Assembly: GCA_013911415.1 (NCBI GenBank)
Contig: JACETI010000008.1
Location: forward strand, 31,556-95,555
DNA from: Legionella sp.
GTDB taxonomy: Bacteria > Pseudomonadota > Gammaproteobacteria > Legionellales > Legionellaceae
DNA: 64,000 nt
Reading direction: 5' to 3'
The position numbers and the translations under genes are program-made. Shown here one piece after another: positions 20,736 through 30,962 of the stretch (positions within the stretch are counted from its first letter, which is position 1; every line of letters starts with the position of its first letter). The notes below the pieces were generated by a model. That model saw only the letters and a list, made by a program, of their open reading frames with translations. It was not told the origin of the DNA and did not search any database.

Positions 20736-21374
20736 TTATGCAGCTACAGCCTTTTCGTAATCTTTTGCCAGCATATCGGCTTGCAAAGGGGGCGTAAAGA
20801 ATGCTTGCAGCTTTCCTTCGGGATTAATCAAAATCACCGCACCACTGTGTTGAATATCATAATTTTTTGGATCGGTATTCGGTAGCGCTACTTTGACATA
20901 GGCAATGCCCATTTCTTCCGTCAATTGTTTCAAATTCGTTTCGGTACCTGTGGCCCCATAGAAGTTAGGATTAAACCCTTTCACATATTGATGTAGCTTT
21001 TCTAAGGTATCACGTTCAGGATCCACCGAAATCATTAGTACCTTTGGCAAAGGACGGGTTTCATTTTTTTCAATTAATTGATACATCTTATTGAGTTCTG
21101 CCATGCTCGTGGGACAAATATAACCGCAATGGGTAAATCCAAAGAAAACAAATGTCCATTGACCCTGGAGGTTGTCGTTAGTTAAGGGTTGGTTTTCAGA
21201 ACTTTGTAGACTAAATGGCTTGAAAGATCGGGGTTCTTCTAAGAATGTTCCATGAAATTGCGTTGGATCTAAATGCCTGGCTAAAGAAGACTTATGAGCA
21301 ACAAAAGCACCAATCAATAAGCAACATAGCAATCCCAAAAAAACAGTCAAACGTGGATGTTTTTTAAAGCACAT
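20736..21374 (-). CDS. SCO1/SenC copper chaperone
   Basis: TM anchor plus [22 protein letters not shown] (CxxxC) and a downstream H (DIQHSGAV). Confidence 0.85.
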   Translation of the reverse strand: MCFKKHPRLTVFLGLLCCLLIGAFVAHKSSLARHLDPTQFHGTFLEEPRSFKPFSLQSSENQPLTNDNLQGQWTFVFFGFTHCGYICPTSMAELNKMYQLIEKNETRPLPKVLMISVDPERDTLEKLHQYVKGFNPNFYGATGTETNLKQLTEEMGIAYVKVALPNTDPKNYDIQHSGAVILINPEGKLQAFFTPPLQADMLAKDYEKAVAA

Positions 21375-22266
21375 GGTATCCCCTCATATAATGGTCGAGT
21401 AATAGTAATAGATATAATCCCATTAAGTAAACGATGGAGAACCGAAAAGTCTGCATTGCAATTTTCCTCTCCGTGGAACGATATAACATGACTGCCCAAT
21501 ATAAAAAGCGTAATCCCATGATCGTTGCGCCAATTAGATAAATACCGTTCGCCATGCCAACTAGAAAAGGTAAAAAACTAACGACGAGCAGTAAAATGGT
21601 ATATAACAATATGTACAATTTTGTTAAAGCAATGCCATGGGTTACAGGCAACATCGGAATCCCAGCATTTTTATAATCCTCGACACGATAGATAGCTAAA
21701 GCCCAAAAATGGGGAGGTGTCCATACAAAAACAATCAGTACGAGTAATAACGCTTGTGGATCGAGATGATTGGTGACCGCAGTCCACCCTAATAAAGGAG
21801 GTGCAGCACCCGCAAGGCCGCCAATTACAATATTTTGTGGGGTAGCTCGTTTCAAATAGCCTGTATAGATACCAGCGTACCCAATTAAGGTAAGAAAAGT
21901 CAGAAAAGCGGTTAAGGTGTTAACATACAGATATAAAATAAGAAGCCCTAGAGCACCCAAAATACAGGCAAAGCGAAGCGCTTGCTTTACCCCGATGCGT
22001 CCTTGCGCCACGGGCCTACGATGTGTGCGCTCCATCAATCTATCCAGTCGCTTATCAACCAGATGATTGATTGCTGCAGCACTACCGGCACAAAAACCTA
22101 TGCCTAGCAAAGAAGCGGTTAAACAGCTGAAGCTCACCGATGCTTGAGGTGCTAAATACATACCTACCAAGACGGTTAATAGCATTAGCGCAACAACACG
22201 TGGTTTACATAATTCCGAATAATCACGCCAAGGAACTGTTCGAATCAGCTTTGATTGAATGGGCAT
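21364..22266 (-). CDS. cyoE: Protoheme IX farnesyltransferase (heme O synthase)
   Basis: [40 protein letters not shown]. The internal ATG at 22266 ([10 protein letters not shown]...) is preferred over the 23-codon N-terminal extension in the track. Confidence 0.9.
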   Translation of the reverse strand: MPIQSKLIRTVPWRDYSELCKPRVVALMLLTVLVGMYLAPQASVSFSCLTASLLGIGFCAGSAAAINHLVDKRLDRLMERTHRRPVAQGRIGVKQALRFACILGALGLLILYLYVNTLTAFLTFLTLIGYAGIYTGYLKRATPQNIVIGGLAGAAPPLLGWTAVTNHLDPQALLLVLIVFVWTPPHFWALAIYRVEDYKNAGIPMLPVTHGIALTKLYILLYTILLLVVSFLPFLVGMANGIYLIGATIMGLRFLYWAVMLYRSTERKIAMQTFRFSIVYLMGLYLLLLLDHYMRGYHVL

Positions 22267-22394
22267 TTTATCTCCACGGACTCTATCATCCATTGCTAAA
22301 TAGAACTCCTCGAGAAAACATCTTCTGCATTGCAAATGTCATGTATCTCATCGTCATTCAAACATTTACGAAGAAATTAACAAGATTATATTAA

Positions 22395-23531
<1,137 letters not shown>

Positions 23532-23590
23532 TCAGGCCTCTAAAATAGCAGGCCTTTGGATATTTAATCAGCGTAAAGAAAAAGAAAAAT

Positions 23591-23863
23591 CTAGGCAGGA
23601 AGAGCAGCGTTAGGAGAAATCTTTACATACTTACGTTGTTTTGGGCCTTGCGCTACAAATTGCACTGTACCGTCAATCAACGCATACAAGGTATGATCAC
23701 GCCCACAGGCAACACCTATACCGGCATGAAAACGTGTGCCACGCTGACGCACTAGAATTTCGCCTGCATTCACTTTTTGACCACCAAAGCGTTTAACGCC
23801 AAGGTACTTCGGATTCGAGTCACGTCCATTACGTGTACTACCACCGGCTTTCTTATGTGCCAT
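23591..23863 (-). CDS. rpmA: 50S ribosomal protein L27
   Basis: [29 protein letters not shown]. Confidence 0.97.
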   Translation of the reverse strand: MAHKKAGGSTRNGRDSNPKYLGVKRFGGQKVNAGEILVRQRGTRFHAGIGVACGRDHTLYALIDGTVQFVAQGPKQRKYVKISPNAALPA

Positions 23864-23891
23864 TTCTAAACTCCTCTAAATCTACTCAAAG

Positions 23892-24203
23892 CTACTGAGT
23901 GATTGCTGTAATCTTTATCTGCGTATAGTTTTGTCGGTGCCCCATGCGTCGCATGTAGTGCTTTCTTCGACGAAACTTAATAATTTTGACTTTTTTATGA
24001 CGCGCATGTTCCACAACTTCCGCTTTCACCGATGCATTTTCAACGCAAGGTGTGCCATAAGTAAACGTGTCGCCATTTGAAATCATCAAAATTTCAGGGA
24101 AAACAACTTCGTCTCCTACCGCTTCTGCTAGACGTTCAATTTTTAGAACGTCGCCTTCTTTAACACGGTATTGTTTGCCACCCGTCTTAATAACAGCGTA
24201 CAT
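23892..24203 (-). CDS. rplU: 50S ribosomal protein L21
   Basis: MYAVIKTGGKQYRVKEGD...; part of the conserved rplU-rpmA-obg order. Confidence 0.97.
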   Translation of the reverse strand: MYAVIKTGGKQYRVKEGDVLKIERLAEAVGDEVVFPEILMISNGDTFTYGTPCVENASVKAEVVEHARHKKVKIIKFRRRKHYMRRMGHRQNYTQIKITAITQ

Positions 24204-24267
24204 GACCTTTCTCCAAACACCCGAAAATTAACTTAAAGCGGTTATTCTATGGAATTCTACGGGTGAC

Positions 24268-24296
24268 TTCAAGTGCAACGAAAATTACAGTATACT
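24268..24296 (+). promoter_or_regulatory. Candidate sigma70 promoter for rplY-pth-ychF
   Basis: TTCAAG - 17 nt - TATACT, about 22 nt upstream of the GGGAGA Shine-Dalgarno / ATG at 24319. Confidence 0.35.
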
Positions 24297-24318
24297 CTTG
24301 CCTATTTGGGAGACAGTT

Positions 24319-24948
24319 ATGGCCACCATTCAGTTAGACGCCGAATCACGCAACGACCTTGGGAGCGCGGCAAGCCGCCGTTTACGCAGGCTTGAAAACA
24401 AGGTACCCGCTATTTTATATGGTAGTGAACAAGATCCAAAGCCAATTACGCTGACACATAATAAGCTTATCAAAGCATTAGAGAATGAAAAAATTTATTC
24501 CAGCGTTTTTGATTTGCATATTGATGGTAACGTTGAACAAGTCATTTTAAAAGCGTTACATCGTCATCCTTACCGGCCGGTCATTCTGCATGCAGACTTA
24601 CAGCGTGTTTCAAAGAAAGATGTATTAACGAAATCTGTTCCTTTGCATTTTGTGCACGAAGATACTGCACCGGGCGCTAAAGCAGGCGGTATCGTTACAC
24701 ACACGATGACTCAAGTCGAAGTACGTTGCCAAGCAAAAGACTTACCTGAATTTATCGAAGTCGATATGACCAAAGTGGGTTTAGGTGACGTTGTTCATTT
24801 ATCTGACTTAAAATTACCCAAAGGTGTGCAACTTACAATAGATGCCAGCGATAGCAGCCACAATCTCCCTGTCGTTAGCATTCATGCACCCAAAGCTGCT
24901 GCTGCAACAGAAGAAGAAACGCCAGCAAACCCAACACCTGAAGCTTAA
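24319..24948 (+). CDS. rplY: 50S ribosomal protein L25 (long Ctc form)
   Basis: LRRLENKVPAILYG, two-domain length. The ATG at 24319 is preceded by GGGAGA; the track ORF starts 7 codons earlier. Confidence 0.9.
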   Translation: MATIQLDAESRNDLGSAASRRLRRLENKVPAILYGSEQDPKPITLTHNKLIKALENEKIYSSVFDLHIDGNVEQVILKALHRHPYRPVILHADLQRVSKKDVLTKSVPLHFVHEDTAPGAKAGGIVTHTMTQVEVRCQAKDLPEFIEVDMTKVGLGDVVHLSDLKLPKGVQLTIDASDSSHNLPVVSIHAPKAAAATEEETPANPTPEA

Positions 24949-25002
24949 GCGCACGCTTGGTGTTGCGACACTAGCAATTGCTTTCTTCAAGAATGGGGCG
25001 TC

Positions 25003-25578
25003 ATGGCCATTAAATTGATTGTTGGTTTAAGAAATCCCGGTGAAAACTATGCAAAAACCCGCCATAATGCGGGTGCGTGGTTTGTCGAGAGATTAGCAAT
25101 GCGTTATCGAGCATCTTTTAAAGCCCAACAGAAAATGCAGGGCGAGCTCTCACAATTTTCAATAGAAAATCAAATGGTAAGAGCATTGCTACCTTTAACT
25201 TTTATGAATCATAGTGGTTATGCTGTAAAAGATGTAATGCAGTTTTATAAATTTCAAAGCCATGAGATATTGGTGGCACATGATGATATGGACTTGGAAG
25301 CAGGACGCATCAAAATCAAAACGGGTGGTGGCAACGCAGGACATAATGGCCTGCGTAGCATTTCTGCACAATTAGGTAACGCCGAATTTCATCGATTAAG
25401 AATTGGTATCGGTCATCCCGGACATAAGGATCGCGTTTTATCGTATGTCCTCGGTGTTCCCCCTCTCGACGATTACCAACAGATCATGACAGCTATTGAT
25501 AGAAGCGTGGATATCATGCCTACTATCTTACAAGGTGATATAGCAGCTGCCATGAACTTGATTAACTCAGCTCAATAA
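25003..25578 (+). CDS. pth: Peptidyl-tRNA hydrolase
   Basis: LIVGLRNPGENYAKTRHNAGAWF, FMNHSGYAV, GGGNAGHNGLRSI. Confidence 0.95.
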   Translation: MAIKLIVGLRNPGENYAKTRHNAGAWFVERLAMRYRASFKAQQKMQGELSQFSIENQMVRALLPLTFMNHSGYAVKDVMQFYKFQSHEILVAHDDMDLEAGRIKIKTGGGNAGHNGLRSISAQLGNAEFHRLRIGIGHPGHKDRVLSYVLGVPPLDDYQQIMTAIDRSVDIMPTILQGDIAAAMNLINSAQ

Positions 25579-25588
25579 CGGATAACTT

Positions 25589-26680
25589 ATGGGATTTAAA
25601 TGTGGTATCGTCGGTTTACCAAATGTCGGCAAATCAACATTATTTAACGCATTAACACGCGCAGGCATTGAGGCATCTAATTACCCTTTTTGTACCATTG
25701 AGCCGAACGTTGGTATCGTTCCCGTGCCGGACGTACGTTTAGAAGCAATTGCTGCCATCGTTCATCCGCAACAAATCCTGCCTACGACGTTAAAATTCGT
25801 AGATATCGCCGGGCTTGTTAAGGGTGCCTCCCAAGGAGAAGGCTTGGGTAATCAATTTTTAGCCAATATTCGTGAGACAGAAGCGATTGCTCATGTCGTA
25901 CGTTGTTTTGAAACCGACGATATTATTCATGTCGCTGGGAAAGTAGCCCCTCTTGAAGACATTGAAGTAATCAATACCGAACTTGCCTTAGCTGACTTAG
26001 AAAGTGTTGAAAAAGCCTGCCTAAAAGCATCAAAATTGGCCAAAAGCGGCAATAAAGCAGCTATATTTGAACAACAAACGTTGGAAAAGATCAAAGCGCA
26101 CTTAGATGAAGGTCAACCTGTGCGCACGCTAGTATTGACTACCGAAGAAAAAATGATCAGTCAACGATTATTCTTACTGACAGGTAAACCTGTTTTTTAT
26201 ATTGCCAATGTTAACGATGATGGTTACGACAATAACCCCCTGCTCGATCAAGTGACAAAATGGGCAGAAACAGAAAAAGCACCTATGGTGGTTTTATCTG
26301 CTGCAACGGAAGCAGCTTTAATTGATTTAGATGATGCAGAACGAGAAGAATTTATGTCGGCACTCGGTTTAGAAGAACCTGGCTTAAATCGCGTTATAAG
26401 AGCTGGCTACGACTTGTTAGGCCTACAAACCTTTTTCACTGCAGGTGAGAAAGAAGTACGTGCTTGGACCACTCCTAAAGGTGCGACCGCTCCCCAGGCA
26501 GCAGGTGTTATTCATTCAGATTTTGAAAAAGGGTTTATTCGGGCTGAAGTTATTGCTTATGAGGATTTTATTAGCTACAAAGGCGAGCAGGGTGCTAAGG
26601 AAGCCGGCAGACTACGCTTAGAAGGGAAAGATTACATCGTCTTGGATGGCGACGTAATGCATTTTCGCTTTAATGTATAA
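25589..26680 (+). CDS. ychF: Redox-regulated ATPase YchF
   Basis: [28 protein letters not shown]-terminal TGS-like FIRAEV...[18 protein letters not shown]. Confidence 0.95.
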   Translation: MGFKCGIVGLPNVGKSTLFNALTRAGIEASNYPFCTIEPNVGIVPVPDVRLEAIAAIVHPQQILPTTLKFVDIAGLVKGASQGEGLGNQFLANIRETEAIAHVVRCFETDDIIHVAGKVAPLEDIEVINTELALADLESVEKACLKASKLAKSGNKAAIFEQQTLEKIKAHLDEGQPVRTLVLTTEEKMISQRLFLLTGKPVFYIANVNDDGYDNNPLLDQVTKWAETEKAPMVVLSAATEAALIDLDDAEREEFMSALGLEEPGLNRVIRAGYDLLGLQTFFTAGEKEVRAWTTPKGATAPQAAGVIHSDFEKGFIRAEVIAYEDFISYKGEQGAKEAGRLRLEGKDYIVLDGDVMHFRFNV

Positions 26681-26689
26681 GGCCCTACT

Positions 26690-27658
26690 ATGACTATTGC
26701 TAAGCTAAGGTCGCTTGTTCACGCAGATTTTGAGGCAGTTAATGCACTGATCATCGATAAAATTAAGGCGCAATCAGGTTTGGCGGATGATTTGGGGCAA
26801 CATATCATCCAAAGCGGCGGTAAGCGACTCCGCCCTTTACTCGTCCTATTGGCAAGCCATGCTGCTGGTTACAAGGGTGTAGAGCATATCAAGCTCGCCG
26901 CAACGGTTGAATTTTTTCATACTGCCACTTTATTGCATGATGATGTTGTCGATGACTCTAAACTAAGACGCGGCCATGCAACAGCCAATCAAATTTGGGG
27001 AAACACCGCGAGTATTTTAGTAGGTGACTGTTTATTCACGCAATCTTTTCAATTATTAGTTGATGTAGAACATCATGCCATATTGCGTTTATTTGCCGAT
27101 ACTGCCTATCAAATTAGCTGCGGAGAGGTGAAACAACTAGCAAACCGCCATAATGTGTCACTTTCGATTGACGACTATTTAGATGTGATTCGCGGGAAAA
27201 CTGCCCTGCTTTTTGCTACATCTGCAGCAATTGGCGCACTGTTAACCAATGCCCCTAAAGAAATTGAACATGGATTATATACCTATGGGTTGCACCTTGG
27301 AAATGCTTTTCAAATCATCGATGATGCACTTGATTATTGTTCAGACGCTGAAACGCTTGGAAAAAACATTGGTGATGACCTTGCAGAAGGAAAACTCACG
27401 CTGCCCTTACTTTATATTTTGAAAGAAGGGTCTGCCGCTCAAAAAAAACTAATAGAAACTGCCATTCTAAAAGGCGCCCTCGATCAGGCAGAAGATATTC
27501 TGGTAGCTATTGAAGAAACGAAAGCCATTGACTACACGCGGCGATATGCACAACAAGAAGTAGATAAAGCGCTGGTAGCTCTTAAATGCTTGCCTGATTC
27601 CACCTATAAAGAAGGCCTCATAGAGCTCGCGCAATTTATTTGCGAGCGCAATTATTAG
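26690..27658 (+). CDS. ispB: Octaprenyl-diphosphate synthase
   Basis: GGKRLRP, first DDxxD (LLHDDVVDDS), second DDxxD (FQIIDDALD), 322 aa. Confidence 0.9.
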   Translation: MTIAKLRSLVHADFEAVNALIIDKIKAQSGLADDLGQHIIQSGGKRLRPLLVLLASHAAGYKGVEHIKLAATVEFFHTATLLHDDVVDDSKLRRGHATANQIWGNTASILVGDCLFTQSFQLLVDVEHHAILRLFADTAYQISCGEVKQLANRHNVSLSIDDYLDVIRGKTALLFATSAAIGALLTNAPKEIEHGLYTYGLHLGNAFQIIDDALDYCSDAETLGKNIGDDLAEGKLTLPLLYILKEGSAAQKKLIETAILKGALDQAEDILVAIEETKAIDYTRRYAQQEVDKALVALKCLPDSTYKEGLIELAQFICERNY

Positions 27659-27683
27659 GATAGTATTTTGCTGCTGGTATAAT
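27655..27683 (+). promoter_or_regulatory. Candidate extended -10 promoter for the LPS glycosyltransferase / ligase pair
   Basis: TTAGGA - 17 nt - TATAAT, with TG one nt upstream of the -10 (TGGTATAAT). Overlaps the ispB stop codon. Confidence 0.45.
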
Positions 27684-27731
27684 GGGTTTTCCAACGTTTT
27701 TAAGTGCTTTATCAACAAAGGACGATGATTG

Positions 27732-28601
27732 ATGCTCAGCGTCATTGTTATTACAAAAAATGAAGAAGCCAATATCAGACATTGCCTTGAATCCGTCACT
27801 TGGGCAAATGAGATCATCGTATTGGATTCAGGCAGCACGGATCAGACAGTCGCTATTGCAAAGGAGTTTACTGCCAAGGTTTATTGTACGGATTGGCCCG
27901 GATACGGTGTGCAAAAGCAGCGTGCCCTGAATTTAGCTACCTCAGAATGGGTTCTAAATTTAGATGCCGATGAATGTGTAAGCCCACCCTTGAAAAACGC
28001 CATTCAGATGATGATGCGAAACCCACAAGCCGAAGCCTATCGCATTCCAATTCAGCTGCAATTTTATGGCAAACCTTTGCGTTTCTCTTCGAGCCCTACA
28101 CGACACGCTCGTCTTTTCAAACGTACCGGTGCTCGTTTTAGTAACGACATTGTGCATGAAAAAATTCTTTTACCTGCAACGGCACGTATTGGACGATTTA
28201 AGGAACCGATTTACCATCAATCTTTCCAAGATCTTAGTCATGCTCTGTATAAACTTAATAAATACTCTTCCTACAGCGCAAAAATCTGTATACAAAAACG
28301 CAAACAAGCACCAGGCTTATTGAAAATTTTGTGCTCTGCCACCTGGATGTTCTGGCGGTGTTATTTGCTTCAAGGCGGAATCTGGGAAGGACGCGCTGGT
28401 TTTATCTTAGCTTATTTAAATGCTCAAGGAACTTTTTTCCGGGGTATGAAGCAGCAATATCAGGATAAAGCCATTCAAAACTTACCACAGGTCGAAGTTA
28501 CTGCCAGCTCACCTAATGTAAAACTTTCTGCTAATGATGAAATCTTAGACAACCGACACCCTTCTCACCAAAAACAATTCTCAAAGGAAGAAAATGATTA
28601 A
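27732..28601 (+). CDS. Family-2 glycosyltransferase (LPS core, WaaE/KdtX-like)
   Basis: LSVIVITKNEEANIRHCLESV...IIVLDSGSTDQT...LNLDADE (DxD). Confidence 0.8.
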   Translation: MLSVIVITKNEEANIRHCLESVTWANEIIVLDSGSTDQTVAIAKEFTAKVYCTDWPGYGVQKQRALNLATSEWVLNLDADECVSPPLKNAIQMMMRNPQAEAYRIPIQLQFYGKPLRFSSSPTRHARLFKRTGARFSNDIVHEKILLPATARIGRFKEPIYHQSFQDLSHALYKLNKYSSYSAKICIQKRKQAPGLLKILCSATWMFWRCYLLQGGIWEGRAGFILAYLNAQGTFFRGMKQQYQDKAIQNLPQVEVTASSPNVKLSANDEILDNRHPSHQKQFSKEEND

Positions 28602-29826
28602 CCGTTCCGAAAAAATTCACCTGCTCTCAGAGCGCTATTCTTTGGATCGTTGGATACCTGCGTTGCTGGCTTTAACTTTTTTTACACTTCCTTTGAGTTC
28701 CACAGCGAAAAGCCTTAGCTTAAGCCTGGCTGCTACGGCAATTTTATTAGCACCGACCTACCGTACACAACTATATACCTTCTTTTGCAGCACGTGGGGA
28801 CAGGCAACCTTACTTTTTTTTGGTTTAATTCTCATTGCAAGTTTGTGGAGCCCAGCCAGTTTTGCTGATAAAAGTTTTGTGTTTAATAAATACAGTAAAC
28901 TGCTCTACTTACCCGTGCTCGCCGTCGGTTTCCAATCACCCCGCAGTCGTACTCTTAGCATCAATGCTTTTTTAATCGCAATGATGCTTACAACACTTCT
29001 CGGCTTATTAACTATCTACGGGTGGCTGCCCTTTCTACCGATTGATCCTGATCATATTTTTCGGAATCACATTATCACCGGCATGATGCTCGCGTTTGCA
29101 TCATACCTTTGCTTACTGCTGGGTTATCACTCTGAAGGAAGTAAACGCTTAGGTTACGGATTCTTATTGCTTCTCTTCACTTACCATGTTCTCTTTATCA
29201 ATGAAGGACGCACGGGCTACGTGCTGTATTTTTTAATGCTAGGCATTTGTATTTTTCAACTTTGTAGCTGGCAAAAAGCTTTAATTGGATTAATTGCGGT
29301 AGGTTGTTGGTTGCTTGCTAGCTATACGATCAGTCCCGTAATGCATGATCGTGTACAAGGTGCCGTTGAACAGTTCCAACGTTATCAAAATGACGATAAA
29401 AATACAGATATTGGTTATCGAATTCAATTTCATCGATTTTCCTATCAACTTTTTCAACAGCATCCATGGATAGGTAACGGTACCGCCAGCTTCATCGATA
29501 ATGCACGAAAACTAAATCCTGTACCTGCATGGCCTGATAAATTAATCGATCCCCACAGTCAATATTGGTTAACTCTTGTCGAATTTGGTTGGTTAGGTAT
29601 TGTAATTTTAGGCTTATTTTTCATGCGATTAATGCAAGCGGCTTGGACTTTAAAAGACATGAAGCCCGTCGCATTTGCCTTGATCATTCCTTTTCTCATA
29701 GGTAATGCAACCGACTCGCTTTTATTTTACTCAGGCTCTGGCTATTTCTTTATTATGTTTATGGGACTTTGCTTAGGAGAAGCTACGCAAATAAAACAAA
29801 CATCGAATAATTTCCCTCTAGTTTAA
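28594..29826 (+). CDS. O-antigen ligase (WaaL/RfaL) family membrane protein
   Basis: About 10-12 TM helices, periplasmic loop with GRTGYVLYF and IDPHSQYWLTLVEFG (conserved His). Overlaps the glycosyltransferase stop by 8 nt. Confidence 0.7.
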   Translation: MINRSEKIHLLSERYSLDRWIPALLALTFFTLPLSSTAKSLSLSLAATAILLAPTYRTQLYTFFCSTWGQATLLFFGLILIASLWSPASFADKSFVFNKYSKLLYLPVLAVGFQSPRSRTLSINAFLIAMMLTTLLGLLTIYGWLPFLPIDPDHIFRNHIITGMMLAFASYLCLLLGYHSEGSKRLGYGFLLLLFTYHVLFINEGRTGYVLYFLMLGICIFQLCSWQKALIGLIAVGCWLLASYTISPVMHDRVQGAVEQFQRYQNDDKNTDIGYRIQFHRFSYQLFQQHPWIGNGTASFIDNARKLNPVPAWPDKLIDPHSQYWLTLVEFGWLGIVILGLFFMRLMQAAWTLKDMKPVAFALIIPFLIGNATDSLLFYSGSGYFFIMFMGLCLGEATQIKQTSNNFPLV

Positions 29827-29835
29827 GCGTTGACA

Positions 29836-30744
29836 TTAGCAACAATATTTTGAATAGCCCTTATTTTCATGATTGGGCTTTTCTTTTTTAAAGTGACATA
29901 AACCATTCATAAATGCTTTCGCTTTTTTTGCGGGTGTGAGTGGGTAATAACTTATTTTGTTTGGGATATTAAGCGTTCCTGGATAAAAAGTAAGTGACTG
30001 AGGATCGACATTTAACTCACCTGCATGAATATGCTTCTCAACATTTTTTTTCGCAAAATCCACCCGGACTTCACTGTCATTTTCACAAAAGAAGTGTTGC
30101 AAGCGCAAATTAGGTGTTTTTAGTGTGTTTTTTAGCTGAGCCGCTAAGCTAAGGATATTTTGGCATCCCATAAAATCTTTCATCCCCTTCGGACGAAAAG
30201 AGATACTCAATGCGTTTTCACCTATCACATAATTTGAAAAAAAGGCTCGGAAATGCTTTTTCTTTATTTCTTTATCTACGGTTTTTAAATCAACTTTATA
30301 TAAACCATCTAAGTTCTGATTGAGAAACTTCTTAGAAAAGAAATTGGGTTCGTAGTCTTCAAGCTCAATCACTTCCTCTTCATCATTTAAAGAATATATT
30401 TTCCTTTGAGCTTCTAAGTCGTTGTTTCGAATTAATTTTGAATTTATTTTTAGCTCTCGCTTATCAAATTTCCATGGAACAACCACCTGATTAAAATAAC
30501 CTCCAACCAAAGTAATCTCTATCCATCTTGCATTTACAAAATCTTCTTTAACTTGATTCGCTAAGAAAGTTGCACTATCTAACCTAGAAAAATGAGCAGC
30601 GGCGCATCCAATATCACTTCGGACGTACATAAAAACACATTCACACAGATTGCGAGTATAAAATCCGCAAAATTTTTCACTGTTCATTTCATTAACAGGC
30701 AGAAAAACATATTTTTTGACAGGAATAGCAATGTGTTGTTTCAT
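29836..30744 (-). CDS. Orphan 302-aa protein with an N-terminal CheD/CNF1-like Cys-His signature and a C-terminal -CC
   Basis: NLCECVFMYVRSDIGCAAAHFSRL...EITLVGGYF parallels CheD LGSCVAVCMRDPVAKVGAMAHVML...AKIAGGASMF (Cys36 codon 30637-30639, His51 codon 30592-30594). Ends ...GYSKYCC*. Confidence 0.55.
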   Translation of the reverse strand: MKQHIAIPVKKYVFLPVNEMNSEKFCGFYTRNLCECVFMYVRSDIGCAAAHFSRLDSATFLANQVKEDFVNARWIEITLVGGYFNQVVVPWKFDKRELKINSKLIRNNDLEAQRKIYSLNDEEEVIELEDYEPNFFSKKFLNQNLDGLYKVDLKTVDKEIKKKHFRAFFSNYVIGENALSISFRPKGMKDFMGCQNILSLAAQLKNTLKTPNLRLQHFFCENDSEVRVDFAKKNVEKHIHAGELNVDPQSLTFYPGTLNIPNKISYYPLTPAKKAKAFMNGLCHFKKEKPNHENKGYSKYCC

Positions 30745-30904
30745 TTGAATTCAAATCAAACGTAATTTGCAGGCATATTAACATCTTGCATCAGAAAATA
30801 AAAACACAATGTTTGAAATACTAACTTTTGAAATTAACGTATTGAAAGGCGAAATTTATAGGGATTTGATATTCAGAATAAACTGGGAAGAAATTTAATA
30901 AAAT

Positions 30905-30946
30905 TTTTTTAAAATTAAAATAGATTACTTGCACCCTAAGGTGCAA
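30905..30946 (-). terminator. Rho-independent terminator after the 385-aa C58-like gene
   Basis: On the minus strand: TTGCACC-TTAG-GGTGCAA followed by GTAATCTATTTTAATTTT, starting 17 nt after the stop at 30963. Confidence 0.55.
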
Positions 30947-30962
30947 ATTTCTAGATGCACTT

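Noticed and set aside
30887-30900. GAAGAAATTTAATA, resembling half of the Legionella LetA box (TNAGAAATTTCTNA), upstream of the 302-aa gene. A second GAAATTT core lies at 30851.
   Set aside because: Only the left half-site matches and the right half (CTNA) is missing. The GAAATTT core is expected by chance in AT-rich DNA.
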